From: Octopus sinensis
Taxonomy: Eukaryota
Direction of reading: 5' to 3'
DNA length: 64,000 nucleotides
NCBI RefSeq assembly: GCF_006345805.1
Contig: NC_043000.1
Location: forward strand, 135,594,001-135,658,000
Shown: positions 53,671-64,000 of the stretch, in pieces
Layout: the number at the start of each line of letters is the position of its first letter
How positions within the stretch are numbered: position 1 is the first letter of the stretch
Position numbers and translations under genes: made by a program
Notes under the pieces: generated by a model
Told to the model about the DNA's origin: nothing
The model's input: only the letters and a program-made list of their open reading frames with translations
Databases searched by the model: none

Positions 53671-54250
53671 GCACATGAGCATGTACATGAGTGTATGTCT
53701 CTGTGTCGAATTGATAGCGATAGCGATATGAAACCTCATTAAGGCGGGTTGGTGTTACCTGATTACTTCCTTCTGGCACCTCCTGCAGCCAACGTGGTGC
53801 CAGACACCTCATCTCTGTTTAAAGATTACACCACAGAATCACAGTGATGCGTATTATGACACCTAGACAATCACCGGAATGAATACGTTCTTGCAACTTT
53901 GACGAACTCTCTTAAGCATATTTGCACATATGCATACATCTATAGATTAAATATAATTGATAGATTAGTAGCTTTTAGTTGTATTATTTACATATGTGAA
54001 AGTTGCTATAGAGCATGTCGATAAGTTGTTACGTTGTGTTTGCGAGTTTCTAACCAAGTACATTTATTTGCAAATAGGTATCATGTGGAGGCACGGTTCA
54101 CCGATATTAACAGTGGAAACTTATTACAATTGATTGATTACTTTAACACAAACCATCTTTTAATGAGATGATTTGCATAGTCGATTAAAAATCATCTAAT
54201 ATTTTATTATTGCTTATTTTACAACTCTGGATAAAAGGAAGTAAATAAAA

Positions 54251-54585
54251 GACAGGCCCAGTGGTTAGGGCAGCGGACTTGCGGTCGGAGGATAGCGGAC
54301 TTGCGGTCGGAGGATAGCGAACTTGCGGTCGGAGGATAGCGGTTTCGATTCCCAGACCGGACATTGTTGTGTATTTATTGAGCAAAAACGTCTAAAAGCT
54401 CCACGAGGCTCCGGCATGGGGTGGTGGCGACCTCTGTTGTACTCTTTCGCCACAACTTTCTCTCCTTCTCTCTTCCTGTTTTTTGAGTAACGCTGCAATG
54501 GACCGGTGTCCCGTCTAGCTGGGGGGAACACATATGCCACAGAAACCGGGAAACCGGGCCCATGAGCCTGGCTTGGCTTGAAAAG
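54251..54585 (+). mobile_element. tRNA-derived SINE family E with an internal 22-bp triplication
   Basis: A box TGGTTAGGGCAGCGG, B box GTTTCGATTCCC; GCGGACTTGCGGTCGGAGGATA x3 at 54273-54338. Confidence 0.7.
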
Positions 54586-54910
54586 CGCGAAAAAAAAAAA
54601 ATAAACGACAAGGATTTGAACTGCTTTCAGAGAAAGACGCATACATTATTTCCATAGTTGGTGTTCCATAGTGTCACCAATTCAGTATAAAAGAACATTA
54701 AAACTGTGAATAACTGAAACTATTCATTTCAATAATAACAAAAATTAATGCAATAAACATTGAAGTTATCTTGTAAAAGATCTCATCCACATCGTATGGA
54801 GCTCAGCAATCAGTTTTAAAAAATACTCTGAACACCACTAAGTAGCCGATTCCACAATTGCTTTGGCGAAAAGGCATTTCAATCTCAGTAACATCTGGAA
54901 ATGTTATATA

Positions 54911-55055
54911 GTGGTGGGTAGCTTGCTAATCAACCACATGGTTCCGGATTCAGTCCCACTGCGTGGCACCTTGGGCAAGTGTCTTCAACTATAGCCTCGG
55001 GCCGACCAAAACCTTGTGGGTAGATTTGGTAGACGGAAACTGAAAGAAACCCGTC

Positions 55056-55099
<44 letters not shown>

Positions 55100-55310
55100 T
55101 ATACGTGTGTGTGTGTGTGTATGTTTGTGTGTCTGTGTTCGTACCCCACCATCGCTTGGCAACCGATGTTGGTGTGTTCAACTCCCCGTAACTTAGCGGT
55201 TCGACCAAAGACCGATAGAATAAGTACTGGAGTCGATTTGTTCGACTAAAGGCAGTGCTCCAGCATGGCCGCTGCCAAATGACTGAAACAAATAAAAGAA
55301 AGAAAGAAAA
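54911..55310 (+). mobile_element. SINE family A, full length
   Basis: Head, microsatellite and tail. Confidence 0.85.
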
Positions 55311-55399
55311 GATGCTGGGCATAGTGTAGAATCCGAAAAAGATAATAGGCTCTGGCTTACTGACACCACGCAACCAAATTTTGATATCAGAAAGTTTTG

Positions 55400-55700
55400 T
55401 AACTTGTGAAGACTACTTTACCTTTGAAAACCACGCGGATTGCATGCGTTGTTTATTTGTAAAATTACCTCCTGCAAAATATGGTACAGGAAGAGGACGA
55501 AGGAACATACGAATAACAAGAAAACACATACAAAGGACAGAGACACGTACACCCCTCATCAGTTATCGACCAAAAATCATCACACTTTCGACACCTTATT
55601 GATAATATTGCTCAATTTGGTGGTGTCGACTGCAAAAAAGCAGCTGGGATATAAATGAGCGAACATGAAGGACAGAATAAGATAAATACAAAAAAGATGG
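55400..55700 (+). mobile_element. Possible decayed PLE GIY-YIG remnant
   Basis: CKITSCK..RKRTKEH..KNHHTFD spacing resembles a PLE endonuclease. Confidence 0.3.
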
Positions 55701-56062
55701 GGTCTCTAGACAAGACAATTAAAAAGAAAAATTGAGGTGAACGCGAAAATATATGAAGCGAAAAGGCAAAGATAACAATGTAAAAATATACAAATCATAA
55801 ACAACACAAGTGTTTGTATACATAGAAGGCTTTTCGGTAATTAAGAAAAGATGTGTTATATTAACTCTAATAGGAAAGAATGTAGTCCTTCTGGACTTGA
55901 TTAAATATATCTAGAAAAAGAAGATAAACCGTGAACAAACCACCAGCTGAAAATAAACTTAAAATTTTAAACATAAGCAGAAAAAAAGCCAACTGACCAA
56001 GCGAATAGTCATGTCAAAATGGACAGGTAGTTTAAGAAGCAGGATGGTCTAGTGGTATCTAA

Positions 56063-56144
<82 letters not shown>

Positions 56145-56249
56145 CTATCTATAGTTTTGCATTATACTGATATTTTCTCCTGTTACAATGAAATTGTTCT
56201 GAATTTGTGTAGAGCATTATAGTATAATGTATACATGCGAGCACGCACG

Positions 56250-56334
<85 letters not shown>

Positions 56335-57484
56335 GGTGTGTAGTGGGGTCGACTTCAAAACCGCAAGGTTGATGGTTGCAAAGAGAGCCTCTTAACCACA
56401 AGGCCAAACCAATGAATAATAGCTACAAAGTTTATAGAATCGCTACTTTATTCCACGCACCAAAGATGTAACTATTACTACTACTTGTGAGAAAGGTCTC
56501 ACCAACTGAGATACCTCAACATCCGGAATTAAAACTCAAGCCAATGAATCCCTTTAAAGAAATGTGCTCCGTCTTATATTAAGTTTAATTTACAGGAGAT
56601 GAGCGGGGGTTCCATAACCAAAACCACGATTTTGTTTGGTTGGTCGAAAGAGAGGATGAAACCTCGGTTCAGGGATACAACCACATATTTACACACGTAC
56701 ATACATACGTACGTACAACCATACAATCATTCATACATACATGCATACATACGTACGTACGTATCTACAATCATATATACATATATACGTACATACGTAC
56801 GTACCTACGTACGTACCTACATAAGTGCATGGATATATACACATACAAGAATTCATACATGTATTCACCCATCTGTGTTAGTGTACATAGATGCATATGT
56901 ATGCATGTATGTCTGTCTGTCTGCCTGTATGTCTATAGTTATGAACCTAGTATGGGTTCACTGTCTAGCATTATCGCGAGACGTCAGTATTTTAGGGTTA
57001 GTGTCTGGAGTGCAAGAAGGCTACTGGAAGTGTGGCATCCCTCAGCATTTGTTAATGCATGTCTCTAGGAGAAGGTGATGTGATATAAGACCAGATACGC
57101 AGGGAGCGGCATTGAACGTTTTGCTTGCACTTAAGATCAAGGCGCTTCCTCATTCCTTAGCCTGCGACCCAAGTTGGCACTGGATATCTTGGCCTGGCTT
57201 GTCTCTGGGTCATGACAGTAGAGTGGGGAGAGTCTGTCAGGTGCTGTGCAAGCCTTACTGGACCTAAAAATATTAGGTTGTGCAATTTCCAGCGAGGCGA
57301 CTAGCTGATTCCCGATCGAGTAGAAGGGCGCCCTGGCAATATTGGAAGCCACGGACGCGAACATGGGTGAGTCTAACTGCTGGTGCAATAACCTCATGCT
57401 CGGACATTGCTTGCACTTTGCATGGGCAATGCTCAGTGGTGGTCTTCCTCGGTCAAGAGTAGACAGTTATGGTCATCATCGTCA

Positions 57485-57533
<49 letters not shown>

Positions 57534-57623
57534 TTGTGTTTATGTATATGCTTGTATGTTTGTGTGTGTTTGTATTTATGTATGTGTTTGTATGTATATA
57601 TATATATATATATATATATCTAT

Positions 57624-57682
57624 CGATCATGAGCCGATGTCCCTAACTACTACCACGCGCCTTCACGCATGACTTAGTGCGC

Positions 57683-57720
<38 letters not shown>

Positions 57721-57811
57721 ACATATATATATATATTATATATATATATGCGCACTAAGTTATGCGTGAAGGCGCGAGGCTTAGTAGTTAGGGACATTCG
57801 GCTCATGATCG
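57624..57811. repeat. Inverted duplication of a SINE head around (TA)n
   Basis: CGATCATGAGCCG..TAGTGCGCA / TGCGCACTAAG..CGGCTCATGATCG. Confidence 0.9.
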
Positions 57812-58073
57812 TAAGTTCTTGGGTTCATTCCCGGGCGGTGCGTTGTGTCATTGAGCAAGACACTATTTCACGTTGCTCCAGTCCATTCAGCTGAGTAGTA
57901 CCTGTATTTCAAAGGGCCAACCTTATCATACTCTGTGTCACGCTGTATTTCCCCGAGAACTACGTTAAGGGTACACGTGTCCGTGGAGTGCTCAGCCACT
58001 TGCACGTTAATTTCACGAGCAAGCTGTTCCGTTGATCGTATCAGCTGGGACCCTCGTTGTCGCAACCGACGGA
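57766..58073 (+). mobile_element. tRNA-derived SINE family C
   Basis: GTGAAGGCGCG.GGCTTAGTAGTTAG..GGGTTCATTCCC..TTGAGCAAGACAC. Head also at 26139-26241; 3' part also at 50557-50664. Confidence 0.8.
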
Positions 58074-58387
58074 TTGCTCCTCCCCCTCATATATATGCAT
58101 GTGTGTTTGCGCATATATATATATATGTTTGAGTGTGTGTGTGTGTGTATGTGTGTGTAATATCGCCGTCTGATATATAAATACATACACGCATATACGT
58201 GATAGGCTGGTTTGTGGTATTCGCTCTGGCTCATTCACTGCGCAATGATTCAAATGCTGCCGAACACACCTTTGCACTTCATCCTTTCTGAATAGATTAA
58301 TAAACTACTGAGGTTCGTTATTCTTCTCATTCATTCCCACCTCTCCTTCTCTGTCTGTCCGTCAGTCTGTGTGAGTGTCTGTGTGTG

Positions 58388-58489
58388 TCTCTCTCTCCTC
58401 GCTCTCTCTCTCGCTCTCTCTCTCTCTCGCTCTCTCTCTCTCTCGCTCTCTCTCTCTCTCGCTCTCTCTCTCTCTCGCTCTCTCTCTCT

Positions 58490-58520
<31 letters not shown>
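58388..58520. repeat. (CT)n with periodic CG interruptions
   Basis: Direct reading. Confidence 0.95.
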
Positions 58521-58524
<4 letters not shown>

Positions 58525-59402
58525 TTTGTCTCTGCCTCAAAGAAATCTATGGAGATTCACCCAGGAAGGGGATAGGTGCAACAGGTTCTAAAAATGCCCA
58601 AGACCCGATGTATGTCACAGCGGCGCCTCCAAGACTCCATCCGTTAATATTTCCTTCTCACACACACATACACACGATATGTAATACAATATGATATAAT
58701 ATAATATAATATAATACAATATAATATTTTAAATATATATATATATACATATATATATCTGCTTGTGTACGTGTGTGTGTAATAAATATATACGTACATA
58801 ACCAAATACATTTATGTAATAATAACTCAAGCGTTGTATTTCGGTTTCTACCTGCCCACCTTCTAAGTTGAACTGAAATATATCTCTATTATATACTTTA
58901 TATATTATTTCATTTTACTTAAATTTCTTCGTCTACTTATTTCACTGTGTGCATTCACTGAAACATTGAGTACATCGCTTTCTTTCGTTCTTTCTTTCTT
59001 CCTTCCTTTCTTCCTTTCTTCCTCTCTTTCTTTCTTTCTTTCTTACTTTTTTTTGGTTCATGTTTTGGTCACACATTACGAACACTGAAACGACTTCCAC
59101 ATGCCATGGAAGCACCAATATTTTACAAGGGCGCTTCAGAAAATTTCCGAACGAAGCATTGAATGTACTCATCTGTATAATCTATATGGCAGATACGTTT
59201 CTTCAAAAGCGAATTGGAATTATATAGGTACACACATGATAACATATACGTCCGTGATTGTGTATGTATGTACTTATGTACGTCTACATGTATGTATGTA
59301 TGTATGTATGTATGTATGTATGTATGTATGTATGTATGTATGTACATATGTATGTATGTATGTATGTATGCATGTATGTATGTATGTACGTACGTATGTA
59401 TG

Positions 59403-59435
<33 letters not shown>

Positions 59436-59679
59436 GTGTGTACACAAACACACACAGTTATATAGTCTTATACACATCATCTTTGTACACTCGCAAACAT
59501 ATATGTATGCATGATACTTATACATATACCTACACAAACATATTCGAACATACATAAACATACACAGACACTCACACACACAGACACACACTCACATACA
59601 CACATACACACACATATATATATATATTTGCATAATATCTTCAAACATACCCACATATACGTTGTATGTGTGTGTCGGT

Positions 59680-59732
<53 letters not shown>

Positions 59733-59954
59733 GGCGTGTGTATTCAGGCATGTGTGTAAGCGTTTGTGCGTGTGTTTCGAATGAGTAAATGCTTATGAGT
59801 GTGTAAGTGCTGGTGTACGTTTATAAGACGTAAATAAAATTTGGCAACGGATGGTTTGTGAAGGAGATAATGCAAAATATGCAAGGAGCGAAGATATATT
59901 GAAAATAAATAAGAAAGAAAAAGAGCAACATATATGTATGTATGCATATATATA

Positions 59955-60021
<67 letters not shown>

Positions 60022-60549
60022 ATATATATACATATATATATAATATATATAATATATATATAATATATATATATTTTAGAGAGAGAGAGAGGGGTGAGGG
60101 TAGAAGGCTCGAGAAGAGTAAAACATAATATTAAATCAAATGATACGCTCCTTATCCCCTTCTCTCTCTTCTAAGAGAAAAATGGAAAAGTCGTTTTGGT
60201 TGCCAAATATGATTTATTAGTATAGTATTTTAAAAAAAATTTTCTGTTCCTTTTTTTTCTTTTGCTATTTATTAATTTCTAGCTTTATTGTTTTTGTTGT
60301 TGATTCTGAACTATGGACCGCTTTTTTTTTTTTTTGCCATTCCGTAAGTTAAGTAAAAACAATGTTGACATTTGCGAGGTTTGGTATTTGTTTTTGTTGA
60401 TTTTTGCTCCCCATATTTATGTAAAATTGACCACAATGACAAAGAAGTGGTCAGCTTCGTTGTTTCTTGTCCCATCAGATTTATATGTATTTTTGAAACC
60501 ACCCCGTAAATGCCTAATCGATGAATCTATAATATCAAACATGATGTTC

Positions 60550-61760
60550 ACGTTGACAACCAGTCGACAGGGAGTGAGGAAGTAGGAGATGATTCAGAGA
60601 GGATTTAGATTTCTTAACTGCCCAGATGTGATTCACCAGGTGAGTAGAGTAAAAATTAAGCTGGACAGAGCGCTGGGCTTGCATCTCAATACCTAAAGAA
60701 GTAATTCTATCTCACCTGTCAGTTAAGTAAAGCGTTTGACCGATCAGCAATGAAATGAATTGGTGTCTGGCTCAGTCTAAAGCTTTGAAATAATGTAAAC
60801 TGGAACAAAGTCACAGACAGGATTGCAGTCTCGTCCACAAAATGGGATAAGATGCAGATGTGGCAAACATGAGCGTTATCCTTGTCGAATAATACCATCT
60901 GAATATTGTGCCTTGATCCAATCTTCATCTGATCAGATTGCAGTGTTTGCTCTTCTGTTTCTTGTGGAAGAAATGCATTCCATTTTCCAAGTGATCCAAA
61001 ACTGTCAACACTCACTGCACAATGGGTTGGGTATGCCGTGGGTCATAATTCACACACATGCGCTAAGGGTATATCAGCTATAGAGAATTCTGAACAGTGA
61101 GTAGGTGTGTCCACCCTCATGTCTTTGATGAAGGTGCAGTCTTTAATTAATCGAAAACTAAGAGTGCACCTTGAACATTGACAGGATCTCACATCTCAGT
61201 ACCAAGTAATTAATAAGTCCGGTTAAACATTCTCCATTGATGTTCTATAGAAGAACCAATAGTGGAAGCAATGATAATCTCGGAGAAATTCTAGGTGGCT
61301 GAAAATAAAATGACTGTTCTGATCCGTATGATTTGGGCACGAGTATGGTGAATAACTTCAGAAAATCTCTTTCATCCTCAATATGATAAACACTAACCTT
61401 TCTAATCAGAACAAAAAAATATTAGTTTTGAGTAGAAAACTCAAACGAGAACCAGAGTGGAGAGCAGCTCTCATATCTAGAACACTACTATTGCTCTACA
61501 TAGACATTGTAAACTGCATCCAAAGAAGGATCTCTCTAGGATTGGCATGAAGTCACTCACCAAAACATTCCAGTCTAGCCCACATGTACACTATCTACCC
61601 TCTCTGCTAATACAATACGTTTTGCTGGCTGGTCTTGTACCAGTCTTGCTCAAACACTTTCTGATTACTCGCACACTTTTTCTCGTCACCTATACTTGAG
61701 CGTTTCTCATCAACCGTCATGAACAGTTGGAACAATCTGAACTCCATGAACCTATTCTCG
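60550..61760 (+). mobile_element. Highly decayed CR1-like LINE remnant
   Basis: Scattered motifs in the expected order: FLNCPDVI, HPHVF, IQRR, STVMNSWNNL. Judged by eye only. Confidence 0.4.
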
Positions 61761-62415
61761 AACCTATTTTTCCTGTAGCTGTTTATGCACAAAATTTCAA
61801 GTGGAGCAATAGTTTTGTGAGCCATCAACACTGGTGATATGATAGCTTTTCAAGCCATCATCTCACTAACCTTGATAGTTTACAAAGGCCATCGACACGA
61901 TTCCTTCTATCACATGAAACCAACTGAATCAAATTAAAGAAGTATACCGATGCATATATGTATGTGCATACATTAATTCATACATATTTTCATATATATA
62001 ACTACATACATTTAACGGGTAAGAATACATTTAAAAAGGCGTGTAAGAGACACGGAGAACTAGTGATCAAACCGGACCAGATATCTAAAGTCTAACGTCG
62101 AATGAAGGGTGATAGCATCCAGGCAAACAAGCGTTGGCTATAAGCAATGTACCAGTCGAGCTAACGAAAGTACAATAAAATAGATTGAAATAAAAGATAA
62201 TGAAGCAGAAAATATGGAAAATCAGGAAAACGATAGAAGATAGTAATTCTTCACAGATATGTATACATCCTGAAAGTTGATAATTTAATATCACAGACAA
62301 AAGAGGAGAAAATCCGAGTTTATCTTCGTAGTCGTTCTTCCTGGATAGGTAGGTAAATATTCGGAGAGTTCATACCCAGACCTTACAAATAAGAGAGTGG
62401 AGAATGTGGTTAATT

Positions 62416-62553
62416 CTTTACAGCTGTTTCTAGGGTTTTGTAGTCAGTAATGTGCATTGTGTGATATATATACATGGAGTAGATTGGTGTTAACGAATAT
62501 ATATAAAATAATACAAGTATAAATTATATAAACACAAACCTCATCTTCAGAAG
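62416..62553 (-). ncRNA. Hammerhead-like motif with a long loop II
   Basis: CTT CTGAAGA TGAGGTTT...AAAACCCTA GAAAC AGCT GTA AAG. Core intact, palindromic ACAGCTGT, but stem I is only 3 bp. Confidence 0.45.
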
Positions 62554-62694
62554 GGATATTTACTTATCTATCCATGATGAACAACTACGGACTACTCGGT
62601 ACTCGGACCCTTCTCACTTTTATCTGTGACTCTAAAGTATGTTCCAGCTTTAGTATTACAGATATTATGAAGAATTATTCTTTTCTACTCTAGA

Positions 62695-62855
62695 CACAAG
62701 GCCCGAATTTTGGGGGGAGGGAACCAGTAGATTAGATCGACCCCAGCACGCAACTGTTACTTAATTTATCGACCCCGAAAGTCGACCTCGGCGGAATTTG
62801 AATGCAGGTCGTAAAAACAGACGAAATGCCACTAAGTATTTCGCCCGGCGTGCTA
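62695..62855 (-). mobile_element. SINE B variant, minus strand
   Basis: GTCGACCTCGGCGGAATTTGAA..TTTCGCCCGGCGTGCTAA. Confidence 0.8.
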
Positions 62856-63023
62856 AATTATGAAGAATTATTATAAACTCACTTTTCGATTTTCCATTTA
62901 TTCTGCTTGATATCATTCATATAATACTCACTTCTGTATAACTGTTATACAAATACTTTGATGCCGTTAACAACTGCTTGTCCATCTTCTATTTCAATGT
63001 ACTTTGATTGCGTACATAAACAC

Positions 63024-63026
<3 letters not shown>

Positions 63027-63106
<80 letters not shown>

Positions 63107-63112
63107 AATCTG

Positions 63113-63186
<74 letters not shown>

Positions 63187-63224
63187 CATCCATCCATCTA
63201 TCTATCTATCTATCTATCTATCTA

Positions 63225-63262
<38 letters not shown>

Positions 63263-63282
63263 GCTAGCTAGCTAGCTAGCTA
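63027..63282. repeat. (TCTG)n-(TCTA)n-(GCTA)n
   Basis: Direct reading. Confidence 0.95.
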
Positions 63283-63439
63283 TATACATGTATACACAAG
63301 CACCCTCCCATACATTCACATACGAAACCTTCAATGAAAGGTTTATCCTACAGGGCATGCTATATGGAAAATAATTATACATACTTATCTGATCTCTATA
63401 CACAAATTAATTGCAAATCTTTCTAGAATTAGTATAACC

Positions 63440-63645
63440 TTTTCTACTCTAGGCACAAGGCCCGAAATTTTTGGGTAGGGGGTCAGTCGATTAGATCGAC
63501 CCCAGTGCACAACTGGTACTTAATTTATCGACCGCGAAAGGATGAAAGGCAAAGTCGACCTCGGCGGAGTTTGAACTCAGAACGTAAAGACAGACGAAAT
63601 CCTGCTAAGGATTTCGCCCGGCGTGCAAACGTTTCTACCAGCTCC
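63440..63645 (-). mobile_element. SINE B variant, minus strand
   Basis: Same blocks. Further degenerate minus copies at about 1260-1400, 13590-13720, 31500-31640 and 36790-36990, and a plus copy at about 42170-42345. Confidence 0.8.
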
Positions 63646-64000
63646 TGGTGATTATTAGTTCATAGTGTAACAGGATAAGGCGCTGGCCTCACATATTTAA
63701 GCTTTCTTTCCATTTGTGAACTTAGGAACCGTTCTTTTGTTAAATTAATTGTTTTGCACAGATGCACACTAAAAGATATAATAAGATAAATTAAAAACAA
63801 AAAGACACGAAAGATGAAATGGAGAATAAACTTGCTAAGAGGAATGTGTAGAGAAAAGAAGAAAGGTTTCTGTTGTTATTGAAAAACTATCTTGAAATGA
63901 ATAACAGGTCGAAAATAAAGAGAAAGAGATATGGAGGATAAGATAGATAGGATGACAGAAAGGCTGAAAAAGGATACATTAGTGAAATAATAAAGACATT

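Overview
AT-rich, microsatellite-saturated animal genomic DNA. The repeat families and composition suggest an octopus or other coleoid cephalopod, which is an inference from pattern recognition and not a database result. The only host coding sequence I can support is one minus-strand first coding exon (21491-22172, 227 codons, clean GTAAG donor). It encodes an Ala/Gly/Ser-rich N-terminus typical of a developmental transcription factor. I found no second exon, so 1-21490 is probably intron 1. The rest is mostly mobile DNA: several tRNA-derived SINE families, RTE fragments, a 5'-truncated R4/Dong-type LINE in TAA repeats, a dead mariner, L1/Tx1 and CR1 remnants, and Penelope-like (PLE) pieces. 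The signal the ORF track misses is RNA structure. There are three well-formed type I hammerhead ribozyme motifs plus several degenerate ones. Two of them sit head-to-head in a perfect 456-bp palindrome (15370-15825). The third lies in an inverted PLE terminal repeat that also carries a tRNA-like head (48620-49860). Also present: a ~550-bp non-coding element found only between TAA arrays, several foldbacks, and a ~1.96-kb tandem duplication that looks like an assembly artefact. Repeat boundaries were read by eye and are approximate unless stated as exact.
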